Source: Antedon mediterranea
Lineage: Eukaryota; Animalia; Echinodermata
Direction: 5' to 3'
NCBI RefSeq assembly: GCF_964355755.1
Contig: NC_092678.1
Location: 8,262,422-8,326,421, forward strand
Length of the DNA: 64,000 nucleotides
The position numbers and the translations under genes are program-made. Shown piece by piece: positions 12,389-26,122 of this stretch. How positions within the stretch are numbered: position 1 is the first letter of the stretch; every line of letters begins with the position of its first letter. The notes under the pieces were generated by a model that searched no databases, was not told the DNA's origin, and saw only the letters and a program-made list of their open reading frames with translations.

Positions 12389-13384
12389 CATTTAACCCAA
12401 TGGCACCATCATTACTTCTATCGATGTATTTTTACCAACAGAACTTTGTCCAATGATAAATAGGGGGTCGGGTGGAAATTTTAAATACTAACCCCTCCTT
12501 AAAATATAGAGCTGCTAATAAATCCCTGGAAATGGAATTTAATTTAAAATATGAAAAGCAATACATTCTGCGCGGCGTTTGAACGTGAGGCCCTAGCGAG
12601 GAAGGCTAGGCCTATACCGTATCACCAAAGCAAAGCAATTCAGAAGGGCCCCGCACCGCGAGACAGGGGAAGGAGAGAGATACTGTCGGTATTATAGCGT
12701 TATTATTCGTTGTCCTATTAACTTTCTGCGACGTAGGCCCGACGTGCTATTTCTGTTGACCCTTAGTGGGCCATACGCATTGGACAAACGTTAGCCCAAC
12801 CTCTTGGTTTAACGTCGGCTAAACGTCATAGAATACGTTATCCTAACTTTTGATGAATTGGCCTAACGTAATTTTGATTTGTTGGGCATTAGGTGGACCA
12901 ACGATGGCGTAGTAGGTGCATGACGTCGAATACATTGTCGAGCCTAATATGTACGTGGGAACATCGTCGGTTCAATGGCAACTTGGCACAAAGTAACAAA
13001 TACGGCATTAAATCTGTTGTAAAAAAACAAATATGATATTTAAGCACTGGGTGAGTTAACCGAATGGGTTTGTAGAGTTGCAACTAAAACCTGATAAAAA
13101 CGGACAATACCAATATGACATAACCCTGTTGTAAACACATAAATATGATTGAATATTCTTCAATGTTTTTTAGAAGTTACTTACTTATTCCGGGACATAT
13201 CCGAACATTATGACTAGATTCCTCCATAACTTCCTACCTGCCATTGTGACAGCCAATTTTCTCTCATACCAGTATCCGTCTCTCTTTCATTTCATGTTAT
13301 TGAATATCAAAATCGCAGCCAAATGCTGAATAACATGATACTTCCAAATAAAAAAACATTTAAAACAGGCATAAAACAATATAT

Positions 13385-13729
13385 ATCATCATATATATCG
13401 ACCGCAGTCGACCATCTTCATCAATCAGACATCAGCATAGCTAGATTTCCAAGTTTTGCGGTCCTCCATGACACAAGCAAGTTCAGATGTATTTCCTAAG
13501 CTGATATCCTCAAGAAGACCTTGACGTATGTTTTGTTCCGTGCACCTGATGATCCATGTTTGGGCTCCCAGAGCAGAAATCTTCTTCTGTGTGACGATAA
13601 AATGGCCAGCAGCACTTAATCTGCGGTGTCTTATTTTAAAGGTGGCTTTTGGAATGTCACCATACAGCTCTGATATTTAGTGCAGCTCTGAGTAATCTGG
13701 TGTAGCATCCATCCACACTTCTTTCCATA
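13385..13729 (-). mobile_element. 3' fragment of an RTE-type LINE
   Basis: Minus-strand decayed reading ...LLEDISL..ELACVMEDRKTWK resembles an RTE ORF2 C-terminus. Flanked by ~55-bp direct repeats (13301-13356 and 13730-13785). Confidence 0.55.
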
Positions 13730-14143
13730 TGAATATCAAAATCGCAGCCAAATGCTGAATTACATGATACTTACAAATATAAAACAACTGATATTTAGTG
13801 ATATATATCAAAGTACACATAAAAATCACAAGAACAAAAAAAAATGGAATCAAACATATTATTGCACAGAAAAATACAAAAACTATATACAAATTTAGCT
13901 AAAATTTATTTACAAATTTAAAAATATAGAATTTCAATTAAATAAGTAGGCCTAAGGGAAGTACGAAAATTGTTAATTTATTTAGAAAATTATAAATTTG
14001 ATATAATTAGAAAATGGGGAAATTATGGAGTTGTTAAACGATTGACAGTAATATTATATTTATTTGTATATAATTTACATATTATGATACATGTATTTAT
14101 ACATCCTCGTGTAATTTCTTTAGTTTTACTGTATTAACGTCTA

Positions 14144-16565
14144 TTTTTTTTTTTTTTATTTCATTCATTTCAATATCATTATCGCAGCCTTAGCTGAATT
14201 ACAAAGATATTTACATTTGTTCAATATTAAAATTTGTATAAAAGTATAAAACCAATGATAATTATATATAAAAAAGGACGGAATTTACACAAGAAATACA
14301 ATACAGGAACATTCAAAAAGTTTAGCTTAAAATATTAAAATAGAAAAAAAAAAAAAAAAAAAAAAACACCTAAAAGCATCAATAAGAATCTCAAAGCTGT
14401 ACTGGGTGATATATACTGATTATTCATTTAGAAGCGAGATAAGGTATGGTATTGCACTTTTTCTATATCTTTCAACTCTGCATTTGGGTTGTTGATACTT
14501 TACACGTCTTAGTTTCATGTTACTTACATTCTTCACTGGAAACCATTTTCCAAAATGAATACTTTTTTAACAATTCAGAGCAAACTTATAGCATAGATTA
14601 CGCCTTCTATCAGATAAAGTGTCTAAAGAAAGACCATTGAGTGCTTGGTCATAACATATGTAGTCATTACACAATATTATTCTGCAAGCCCTTTTTTGGA
14701 CAGATTCTATCATATCACTTTGTTTCTTAGTGAGACTAGAATGCCATACTGGGACAGCATATTCAACACTTGGTCTCATGTAACTCTTAAATACATCTAC
14801 AAGATCAAATTTCGGAAGATTGAACTTTCTTAATCTACATAATATATGCAGACGTCTGCTGGCTTTGGATACAATTTCTTTAACATTACGGTCCCATTTG
14901 AGGTTAGCTTGTATCCATAAACCTAGTAACTTAGTTTCATTAACGATTTCAATTGTAGCATTACCAATGAAAAGGGGTTCAAGTTCATATTGATTTCTTT
15001 GAAAGTTAAAATACATAGTTTTACATTTAGTTGGGTTAAGTTTTAGTTTGTTTTCATTATACCATACATTCAGTAAAGCAACATCATTCTGAATTGAGGA
15101 AGTTACATCCTTTTTTACTATCTGTCCTATGCACAAATCATCTACATATTTCCAAGTTTTACATGGCGAGTCTTGCATGGCATCATTAATTAGAGCAAGA
15201 AAGATCATAGGCCCAAGGAGCGTACCTTGAGGGACGCCACATGTTAGATTAACACTCGTTGATAAGGTGGATTTATAGCGTACTTGTTGGGTTCTGTTTG
15301 ACAAAAAGCTAATTAACCACGGTACAATTTCAGGTCTACAGCCAAGTGTTACTAATTTAGAAACTGCTATTGTGTGGTCAACACAATCGAATGCTTTACT
15401 AAAGTCAGTTAAAACTAACTGACCAACAGATTTGGGAATATTACTACCTTCATAGAACACATTTAGTAGATCAACCAAATTATGGGTTGTAGAAAAGTGT
15501 TTACGGCAACCATATTGGTTGTTATCAAGATTTTTCTCGATATCTGTTAAGAGCAATTTTTTAATGAAGCCCTCAGCTACCTTAGCTAGGATACATGTAA
15601 GTGAGATTGGCCGAAATTTGTCAACCCTAGTACAACCATTTTCTTTGGGAACCGGAGTAACAATAGCATCCTTCCACATAGTTGGGACATGACCCTCACT
15701 GAGGGAGGCATTTAAGATATTAGTCACAGGGATGCTTAGTTCGCATGCAAAATCTCTTATTAATCTGTTAGGCACATTATCAGGGCCCGGGGACTTATTT
15801 ACTTTAACTTTTCTTAATTGATTGTACATTTCCCATTCTTTTACATTAGGGGGTTTATTAGCAGGTAAATACGTAGGGAGCTTACATAAATCAATACTAG
15901 GTCTGCTTTGGGAAGTTATAGCAAAATGGTTGTTTACAAAATTACTTATACCATGATAGTCATCCTGCGGAATATCCTCAACACTAATAAGTGGTTGGGG
16001 TTTAGTTTTATTAGCTAACATCTGCACGCCTTGGTGCCATTTATGGGGATTAGTGGCTTTTAAGTTTAATAAACGTTCATTGTAAAAGTTCATTTTGTCT
16101 TTCTTGATCACTTTTTGTACCTTATTCCTATAGAATTTCCATTCCAGCGATTTACCATGATTAGTAAAAGCGTGTTGACGTTTCATTATAAGATCCTTTG
16201 CTTGTTGTGAAATCCATGGCTTATCAGTTGGATGTATCTTAATGGATTTAACCGGGAAGAAAGTGTTCATAGCAGAAGTCAATGACAAATAAAATGATTG
16301 CGTTTTCTGTTCAGTAGTACTCGCGTTAATAACCTCGTTCCAGTCATGGGTAGTTATCCAACGGCCAAATTCTTCAACACTTTTCGCTTTCATTGGTCTG
16401 ATTACACGCTTTTCGATTTTGTTGCTATTCGTCCTTGTAGTTGCTGACAACAGAACACAATTATGATCGCTAGCACCCATCGGCGACACAATTCGGGGAT
16501 CGCAATAATACTACTTCAGATTGGTGGCTATAATATCTAGTATTGCATCCCCTCGCGTTGGTATC
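14144..16565 (-). mobile_element. 5'-truncated CR1/L2-group LINE (RT ORF 14567-16489)
   Basis: KSPGPDN, FRPISLT, DFSKAFD, GVPQGTLLGP, YVDD; SDH endonuclease end at the 5' break. 3' UTR ends in AATAAA plus poly(A) at ~14144. Confidence 0.9.
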
Positions 16566-16649
16566 TATCTCTCATTAAGGAGGCGTGTAAGATAAAGCAT
16601 AGGGCTATAGTATCGATTTGTTTTACATAGGGGCTCAAACAATTCTTTT

Positions 16650-16972
16650 GATTGATTGATTGATTGATTGAATATAATTATATTTATACTGGGTAACCTC
16701 TTCAGTCAAAGACTGGTCTCCCAGAGGCCCCAGTTGGTGATCAGTGGCTGTAATGTACTAATACACCGGGGTAACCCCCTACTCGTCTCGAAAGATGTAC
16801 AGGTTCTTTAAAGTGCACACGAGCTAGATGTGTACACTGGACCTACGGTTTATAGTCCTTATCCGAGAAGACTCTACCACCAGAACCATGGAGTGAGTGA
16901 GCCTCGAACCCCTGCCGATGTTATGGCTACGTAATTACGGTTCCACTGTCTTTACCGCTCGGCCACTCACTC
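16650..16972 (-). mobile_element. tRNA-derived SINE with Deu/Nin-like core and LINE-like tail
   Basis: A box TGGCCGAGCGG, B box GGTTCGAGGC. Core GTGCACTTTAAAGAACC..GAGTAGGGGG..CCCCGGTG; (CAAT)n tail. Confidence 0.85.
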
Positions 16973-17089
16973 TTTTCTTTTCCTAAGACTAACAGAAAGA
17001 ATTTATTAGATATAATACAATCTGAAGCAAATTTACGACATATAATTTCGCGGCGATCATCTAGTCATTTAATATTCAAAATTTTAAGG

Positions 17090-18000
17090 GAAGTGTTGTA
17101 GTCTTTGAAATCTCTAGTACATCAATGTATGTGAGTGCTGGTCTTCCTTGTTTTGTAAGTCCTTGTTTTGGCTGCCACATCAGAACATCTTTATGATTTC
17201 TTCTTTATTGCGAAGACAGTGTTCAGCAAATATTTGTGGTATGGCCAAAGAGCCATTTGGTACTTTTTTACTTTGGTATTTTTTTTTTTTGGCCATTTTA
17301 TGCACATAGCAGCACGAAGTAGTAGTGACTGACTGCCATCAATTGCTTTCTCAAGTTTATTTTTAATGGTCCAACTTTCTGATCCATATAGAAATACTAA
17401 TTAAATAGTACCCTTGAAGAGCCGTAGTTAAGGTTTTTACTAATATTTGACCTACATATTCTTGATTAAATTTGTTAATTGCAGCCCATGTTTTTTCTTT
17501 TCTTATTTCAAAATCTTCCCAGAAACTGAAAATCATTCACGTTGTCTATCTCTATACCATTCTGTGTTTTAATTTTTCCGGATTAAATATGTGATATAAA
17601 TTTAGTTTTCCCCTCATTTAGGTGCAGCCAAACACTTGCAGAATACTGAAGTCTATGTAGCAACCTTTCAGCATCACATATCAAGTCTGAGAATATTAGG
17701 GCAAATCATCAGCAAAGCCAGCATAGCATCCGTTATGTTTATTGCAGGATATCTCCTACTACGCTGTCGGTCAAGAGCCTAGGTGTATCCCACAGTAGTC
17801 ATTCTTAATGCGTAATCAAGAGGAATCTGGAAAGCATGGTTGCCAATGTGTCCCCTTGTAGAATTCCATTCGAAATTGTGAAAAAGTCAGTGTTGTTTTG
17901 TTTTTTATATATCATTTCAATTGCTTTTACAATGCGCTATTTGATTCCATATGTTTCAAATTCAATCGTTCAAATTATCGATGTGCATACTTTTACATTT
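17090..18000 (-). mobile_element. Decayed RTE-type LINE RT fragment
   Basis: Minus-strand remnants GILQGDTL and LDYALR; no open ORF. Confidence 0.5.
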
Positions 18001-18516
18001 TAATGTTACATTTTAAGTAACCATTATTGCATTAAATTCTATCTTTGACAGAAGCAATTAATTTGATATCATCAGCAAACATCTACAGGTGGACGTCACA
18101 CAACCTGGTCAATCATTTATGTATACTTGGGGTAGTAAGCCTACTCCGCTATCAACACTTTATTAATTGTACTGATGATGCACAATTTACTGTAACTGAA
18201 TGTTATTTAAACCAAGTAATTTTCCATCCAAAGATTTCAACAAATTGGAAATAGATCAGGCTATTGGCCGAACTGAGGTAGGTACCACCTTTTGAGGTAG
18301 ACATTTTCATATGTTTTTTATATACCAGTTTTTGACGAAGAATCAGAATATATAAGGTTAATGGGCCGTAACCTGAGAAATTTTGCGTGAGGGCGCTTGT
18401 TTTTAGATGGCTGCCAAAATCCAATATCATGTATACACATAGTTAAAATTATCACTTTAGAGAGGTATGGTTGACCTGATGTTGACGTATATTAGTTCGG
18501 AAAAGAACTGTTGAAT

Positions 18517-18565
18517 TTCTCGACGTTTCGATCAATATGCTTTGATCGTCCTCAGGAGTGAGAAT
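18517..18565 (-). ncRNA. Minimal type I hammerhead ribozyme motif in the Penelope terminal repeat
   Basis: Minus strand CTC-CTGAGGA-C-GATCAA(agcata)TTGATC-GAAAC-GTC-GAG: CUGANGA and GAAA cores, 6-bp stem II, GUC cleavage triplet. Confidence 0.8.
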
Positions 18566-19193
18566 GCAGAAAGTCCAGGTAACTTGGAATATATAAGTGG
18601 AAAGGGTGGGACTTGTGTGAAAGCCAGAAACAATGGCAAGTTCACACAGTGGGAGGGATTGAAACTAGCTATAGCGAAGCATTGTTTCTCATGAACAATA
18701 GTGAATGGAAACTTGCTATAGAAGAGCATTGTTTCTGAAAGGTGTAAGAAGCAAGGTGAGACAAGCTAAAAACAATAGCATTGTCTCAAAGTTGGGTGTG
18801 GACTGGCCAAACAAGACATGTGTCCAGACTGGGTTGTGAAATGTAAACTGGCCAAAAACTATGGCATGGTTTACTGTCGATGAAGATTCTTGTTAAATAA
18901 AGATAGCCAGATGTCACTAATATCAAATCCAATATCTTGAACAGTGTTGTGTTTGTAGATTTCAATAGCTTCCCCGGTTCGTCTGGAGTGCCAAGAAGGA
19001 ACGGTAGTAATTAGTTCAGCATCTTTCCAATTAACTCGATGTTGTTTGTGAGAATGCATAACTATTGATTATTTGTTTTGCTCTCCTCTTCTGGCATGGC
19101 CTTGATGTTCTTTGAGCCTGGTCACGTCCCGTTTCCCCAATGTATACCTCTCGACATCCACATGAGATGCAGTATACATGATGGTGTGCGCTC

Positions 19194-20775
19194 CAGGGGT
19201 GGCGCCAGGATCTTCCCGACGCGGGGGCTACATTCCCCGACGAGGGGGCTATGCGAGCGAAGCGAGCATCACTAGGCTGGGGGCCAGGGGGCCGCCAAGG
19301 GCCCCCGGTGGGGGTCCAGGGGGCGAAGCCCCCGGAAGCAACGCGTTCTAGCGTCATTTGAGGTCATTTTAATCAGATTTAGGGTAGCCATTTTTTCCAT
19401 TTTTTATAATGCATAAATAAAATACTGCGTGCAAAAAAACGATGCGCGATGACTGTTTCAATCCATATTTTTAAATTTAAAAAATAAAATTTTAGAGAAA
19501 ATTTAGAAAAATAGAGTTGGAGGTCTCGGAAATTGGACTTATTGTGACTGAGCTAAGAAATGTTTGAAAAATAGAGATGTTAGGTCCCGGAAAATGCACT
19601 TCTTGTACTTCAAAATATGACCAGCTTTATTGTTGGGGCTGAGCTAAGAAACTGTTTAAAACTAGAGCTGCAGGTCTTCAAAAATTGCATTTTATACTTT
19701 GGAAACATCAGGCCTAGAGGCTTAAAAAACGCAAGCGTAGACCTTTTTCAGTCGGGGAAATAAGTTTATTCCTCCCAAGTGTATGCGTGCGTACCATCTG
19801 GACTTCCGAGAGTTGAGAAATTCATGACATACAGGACATTGAAAATGTAATAACTTAGCTATAATAAGATGTTGGCTAAGCGAAAATGGCATGTTTTTTT
19901 GTTTAGTAATGGATGAAAAATTTATTTTAGGTGCCCCACGGTACAGAGAAGGTTACTTGTAAATTAAAAAATTGGTGAACATACGGACAATTAACATAAT
20001 TCGTTTTTGCTGCTGTAGTGTAGCGTACGTCGACGCAGTACACGACGTAACCGTCAGTAAACTTCGCCTGGAAAATAACTACAGTACACATTTTGGTCCC
20101 TGGATGGAACATGATATCACGCGTCTCGACCCAACGTTGAACGATTCGTACAAAGGGATACCGACAGACAAGTGCGAACCTAGCTATTGTTTAGTAGTAA
20201 GTTAGATCGCTGGCAATAATGAATGCATATAAAGTGCATAATATCACTCTGACGTACTCTCACGGTCAATGAAACGTCGTGGTTTTCTAGGCGCTGAAGC
20301 TAGCTACGAAGTGAACGCGAACGCTTTTTACTGTATATTATATTCCCCGACAAAAAGTACCCGTGTTCCCTTCGGTAACCGCCGGTAAACTTCGCCTGGA
20401 AAATAACTACATTACACATTTTGGTCCCTGGATGGAACTTGATATCACGCGTAAGCGTGTCGACCCAACGTTGAACGATTCGTACAAAGGGATACCGCCA
20501 GACAAGTGCGTACCTAGCTAATGTTTAGTAGTAAGTTAGATCGCTGGCAATAAATGAATGCATAAAAGTGCATAATAGCCCTCTGACGTACTCTCACGGT
20601 CAATGGAACGTCGTGGTTTTCTAGGCGCTGAAGCTATATGAAGTGAACGCGAACATTTTTTACTGTATATTATATTCCCCGACAAAAAGTACCCGTGTTC
20701 CCCGACGGGGGGGCTAGGCTCTCCGACGAGGGGGCTAGAGCCCCCGTAGCCCCCCCCCCGCTGGCGCCACCACTG
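19194..20775. mobile_element. Non-autonomous hAT-type DNA transposon with an internal ~325-bp tandem duplication
   Basis: TIR CAG(G/T)GGTGGCGCCAG; 8-bp TSD GTGCGCTC on both sides; duplication ~20050-20380 and ~20380-20702. Confidence 0.88.
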
Positions 20776-21554
20776 GTGCGCTCTTTTGATAAGAGTTTTA
20801 CAAACTGATTTCTTCGTTGACGGATGGTGGAAAGATCGCTTGTGTAAATATCTGTCCGTGTGGGTGGGTTTGCGATATACTTTGTGGAACAGAGTGCCCT
20901 CGGGTTCCTTTGTGACAATACGTCAAGAAATGGTAAACTGTGTTCGTTTTCCTCTTCCATGGTGAATGCTATGTTACGATGTTGAGAGTTAAGGTGTATT
21001 AGAAAACTATCTAAGTTCACCTTGTTGTGCTGCCAGATGATAAAAGTGTCGTCTACATATCGAAGCCAAAGTTTTGGTCGCTTGTTGGCGGAGTAGAGTG
21101 CTAGATGTTCGAGCTCCTCCAGAAAGATGTTGGCAATAATCGGGGATAAAGGAGATCCCAAAGCCGTGCCTTCAGTTTGTTCAAAGAATTGATCACGCCA
21201 CTTGAAGTTGGTAGCTGTTAGACATAGTAGAAGTAACTCACGGATTTCTTCTGCAGGAAGTGCGGTCTTAATATCCAAACAAATTTGTTTCAAGCTGGTG
21301 GCTTTTAGAATCTAAAATTGTGTATTGATTGTTCTAAGGACCGCACAAAGTTCACCCTAGATATTAAATATAACAGTTTTAATTATTGTTCTTTTTCATT
21401 AAGTAATGTTTTATTACAATACTCACAAAACATTTATATCCAACGATAAAGGAAATAGATAAATGCTTGCACAGAATGAATACAATGTCTTTCACGGTCT
21501 GTAGCGCCCATTTTGTGACTATTATTCGATATTATTAGAAATCTATTGAAAACG

Positions 21555-22415
21555 TATTCAATTCAATTCAATTCAGTTCAATTAAAACTTTATTATCCCC
21601 ATGGGGAAACTCTGTTGGCCTTTTCAAAAGTACAGTACATACAAATATAAAATGGATACAGTACATAAAATATAAAATACGATAAAAAAAAAAGCCATAC
21701 AAAATATACATATAAAATCCTAAAAAGTCGATTTAAAATACTACAAAAAATAAAACTAGCGCATAAAATACGATTATACGATTATATAATGAATGATATT
21801 ATCATTCATTATATAATCGTATAGCGGCAGGGACGAATGAATTGCCATATCTATTTGTTTTAATTTTTCTTTGAAGGAGTCTGTCACAACGTTGACTTTT
21901 GTTAAATTTATAGTGCAGAGGATGAGCGTGGTCTTTTAAAATAATTTTCAATTTTTTAATTACTAATTCCTTATATAAAACTTCAGGTTGAATTTGTTCA
22001 GAGCCTACTATTCTACTGCCTTGTTTAACTATTTTATTAAGTAAAAGTCTATCTTTAAAACGTGAATTACCATAATAACATATTAGGCAAAAACTAAGTA
22101 CACTGTTTAAGATAGAAGTATAAAAAAGTTGTAAAATAGTACGGTCAATCTTAAAAGAGTTTAATTTGCGTAGAAAGAAGAGACGTTTTTGTAATTTATT
22201 GTATATGCACCTACTATTTGCATCAAATTTAAGTTTATTATCAATTTCAACCCCTAAATATTTGTAAGTTTTAACTTCCGGAATGGTCTCACCATTGATT
22301 TTGATCTTGGGAAGGTAGTTTATCTTCTTCCGAAAATCAAAAACCATCTCTTTAGTTTTATTTATATTTAGATCTAAAAAATTATCTTTTATTGTATTAA
22401 CAATATAGGCCACAC
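21555..22415 (-). mobile_element. 3' fragment of a Rex1/L2-group LINE
   Basis: ORF 21802-22413 (LNINKTKEM, YKYLGV, HPLH, SFVPAAIRLYN); 3' CCCCATGGGGATAATAAA and (TTGAA)n tail. Confidence 0.85.
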
Positions 22416-22672
22416 AAATTAAATATACATTGAAATTCTCAACTCCTAAAGTACCATAGTTGCCAAAAATTCAATGACATGTAACAGTGAACTTCAGTTT
22501 GCAATACTACATTTTAGAAATGGACTCAGTCATATTCATTTATAAACAAATTCCTGAAAGTTGTTATACAGACAACACCACTTTGAAACATAGTATAGAA
22601 AGTGATGTCTGACACAGCTATGGATTATATTAGACAGGAGAGAAATAGATTAGGCCTACATGGACTACTTAA

Positions 22673-23798
22673 AATGGACCTGAAATGGAATTTCGATTTT
22701 CAAGAAATTCACACATGTTATTTAAATGTATCAAATTAATACAAACCCATACAAATAAAAACAAAATGTATAGTATTTTGAGTAAAAACGAAATTTTAAG
22801 ATACCATGGTAAATTAGCGAAAATTACTCACGCCATTGCAATATTCTATTTCAACGGCCGTCGGAAGCCTCTATATTCACGACGTCACATATACACACGA
22901 TGATATCGAGAGCGTGTATGCCGCCCGATAGTCAGAGTGAATGATCGACGGCCTGGAAAGATACGCGAAGCGTTGACACTAATACTAATTTATTCAATAT
23001 CTAATGTTGAAATATAGGTCCCTAAAATGTACTTCGTTTGTTCTAAAACCCGAATTTAGAAGGCCTACCTCCCAAACCTTTACTAGGCCTAGGCCCCCAA
23101 TCCAGTGCGCGGAGTCGATCCACCACCCACATCATGCGGCGAGGCTCCGTTTCATGTGCATCCAAGGACCAAAGCGATATCAACAACTTGCTGCGATCAT
23201 TGTCCAGCCAAAGTAAAATATGAATAAAATTCGTTTTCGAACTGCCTGATTCGTGACAAATAAATTATCATCTCATATTATTAATTTAATTCTGCTAAAC
23301 TAAAAACTAAAGAAACTAACACATTTTTAGCAGTATAAATTACGAACGATACAAAATACACGAACGGAAAATATGGATACGCATCATTGCGCACGGAGCT
23401 GTATCCCGGACAACGTTGCCAGGCCAACTTCGGTATTGCCAGAAAAAAAACGTTGATTTTAAGATTTTAAATCGTCATTTACTCGATGAATAACCGTTTA
23501 TGCGGTAATAATTTTATCTAAAAAAATTCTAAATACGTTTCTGCAAATGCACAGGCATTTTTTAGAAAATACTCCATAGATTTCAAGAGTTATAGCCAAA
23601 AACTGCAAATTGTCCATTGGAGGGATAGGAATATATTCGCAAAGTGACGTCACCCGCGAATTTTTTTGATTTTCAAATGGGGCTTTCCCCAAAAGGGCCA
23701 ATTTATATTTTGTAACAATATACATTCTAGCAACACCTAATAGCCCCCAAAACATCATTCTAAAATGAAAAAAATTGAAAATCCATTTCAGGTCCATT
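22673..23798. mobile_element. Non-autonomous DNA transposon with TTAA target site (Kolobok-like)
   Basis: TTAA-AATGGACCTGAAATGGA ... TCCATTTCAGGTCCATT-TTAA inverted ends. Confidence 0.8.
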
Positions 23799-25089
23799 TT
23801 AACCATTACTTTCAAATAAAACACATTGATTTCTTTTACTTACTAAAGTGCAAGCTTTATTATATGTAAATGTGCCTGATTTGGTGATTTTTTATTGTAA
23901 AAATGGTTAACAAATGCTGGGTTGAAGATAGGTATGAATATTTCAATTTAAATATATGTATTTATTTGTTTTTCAAAAAGTTGGACATTTCATTGGTTGA
24001 GTGGGACAACGGGACACAGCATAAACAAGCTGGACAATCTGGAAAATTTGGAATCTATGCTGTCGAGTATATTATTATTATTTACCATTTTGACGTTGCT
24101 ATTTTGCGCTTCAGTGACAGTACGCAATAATTGCAGTAGTTTCTATACAATTGATTTAGCTTGAACAATGTACATTCAAAGCTTACACAGTACATGGTTT
24201 AGTTCAGTTCAGTATTTGGTTTCAACAACACAAACGACATTGAAAATAGCCCTGCACTGTGGTTCATCAGAAAATGGAAGCAACAATAGGTAAAGTACAA
24301 ATCAATACTGTAGCTAGAAAATGAGAATCTGTCACCATAAAATACATAGGTTTGCTGTTATTACAGGGGCACAACCAACATTAAATCGAAGCGTAAGTGA
24401 ATACTCTGCGAGCGTTTTTTTTTGTGCCAAAATGAGGGGGTACAGGACCCTATGAACGAATTTTCAAAAATGTACCTAATAACACAGTTTTGGCTACATT
24501 ATATTCATCTTTATTCACTAATATCCTTTACGAAGAAGGAGCCAACGCATGTAGGTTACAGTACTAACTAATTCCAGCAAAATGCCTACTAAATCTAATT
24601 TAGGGGCCTACGAGTCATAGCCATTTTCTCACTAACGTACTACTGTAACTGTAACATTGAGTCGTATTCATCATACCAGAATCGTTTCCGGTATACCGTA
24701 AAACTGTGTTTTTTTTATTTCTATCTTTCATTATTTTTTTTCTCTGATTTCATTCAGTATGACTGGTCCCTCCCTCTCATTAATTTTGTATGGTGTTCAT
24801 GGAATTATATTTTAGCTTAATAGCTCCCTGAGTTCATTTAAATTTGATTCATTGTTTTGACTCACTTTGTGAGGTAATTCGGAGATGTGAAATGTTATTT
24901 GATTACATAAATCACCATATCTGTATGGAAGACTGGTAATAGTTCCGCGGTACACAGTTAAGGGTCTTTCATACATTTATTGTACAGTATTTTAGAACCA
25001 TCTGTGGGCACGACAATCTAGTTGTACGAAAGGTGTGTAAAGAGATAAACTCTCATATTTATAATATGATTGGTTTCTTTATAGAAATT

Positions 25090-25696
25090 ATGTGCCTAGC
25101 ATTCAGTGCTGTCATCATCAGTATTATAGGACTAATACATTTATACTACTTTGTCTACGACTATGAAAAACCCATGGAGTTTACAACATTGAAAGCTACC
25201 CTCGGTACATACTACGAAGGTAAACAATACCGTTGGTTGAAATTCTGTTTATTTGAACATCTAAATGTGGCCGACATTACAAATTCAGACAAAAATGCAA
25301 ATGTCTTGTTTAATGATCTTGAACGGGAAGGCTTCATCACACCTACTAATGTTAACTTGCTATTAGAAATTACAAAACTATCACAAATTAGGATAGCTGA
25401 AGATCTTGTAAGAAGGTACATGCAAGTCAATACAATTCAGCATGTGCTTAAAATTGATAAAACAATGAAATTGTCATCTCATCGGAAGCGGCTGTTTAAA
25501 GCTATGAGACAAATTAGAGACACAGATTTATTATATATTACTTCTCGGTACGAACTAAGCCATTTGAAATTCACAAATGTTTTTGATGCAGTACTCAAAC
25601 TGGAGATTGACAACGATCTCTCGAAAGAACCAGACAAAGTAAACAAATTCGCAAGTTGTCTCAACCCAACTGCAAAAAACATATTAATTACTAATG
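25090..25696 (+). CDS. NLR-like protein 2, predicted first coding exon: hydrophobic N-terminus + tandem death-effector-like domains
   Basis: Acceptor ttctttatag at 25084, ATG 25090. DED-like pattern LKFCL..LFNDLEREGFITPTNVNLL..DLVRRY, then a second helical repeat. Donor G|gtaagt at 25696 is phase 1, matching the downstream acceptors. Confidence 0.75.
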
Positions 25697-26122
25697 GTAA
25701 GTTGATTATAACATGTTCTTTTTAATATCCATGAGTTACTGGTTCTTTTTGTAAAAACCAAGCAATTTGAGAACTAACCCTAACAGTTTCGCTGTCCTGT
25801 TCGGACGTATTCTTCAGAAGAAATGACAAAATCTGTCATTAAACAGACTGACCTCTCACGAGATAGAAGGCTAATTCTCTTTACACAATTTTAAAGAAGG
25901 CGATATAAAAGTGGCTTGTTATCTATTTTTACTAGTTTAAAAAAGCAGAATAAGATCAACACAAGTCAGTACAACTTACTATTTCCTACGGCAGAAAACA
26001 TCCCACGTGTCTATACTACACCTACGATACACAAAGAAGGTAAACAAGTTGAACCCATTGTTGACTACACACAGGATCCATAGCGTATGAAACCGCAAAA
26101 GCCGTTGCTGATATCTTTTCTC

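Larger units (their letters stand above)
18495..21300 (-). mobile_element. Penelope-like retroelement (RT + GIY-YIG), internally deleted and interrupted by a hAT-like element
   Basis: RT motifs GTALGSPLSP, RYVDDT, LPFLDV (ORF 20670-21293). GIY-YIG VYCISCGCREVYIGETGR (~19110-19180). 3' repeat carries a hammerhead motif. Confidence 0.88.

Noticed and set aside
19031-19357. GC-rich 108-aa ORF, and the Gly/Ala-rich tail of ORF 20670-21293
   Set aside because: Chimeric frames running from hAT-like termini into Penelope sequence.
25033-25089. GTG-initiated N-terminal extension of the DED ORF, and its stop at 25725
   Set aside because: These lie outside the acceptor at 25084 and the donor at 25696, so they are probably intronic read-through.
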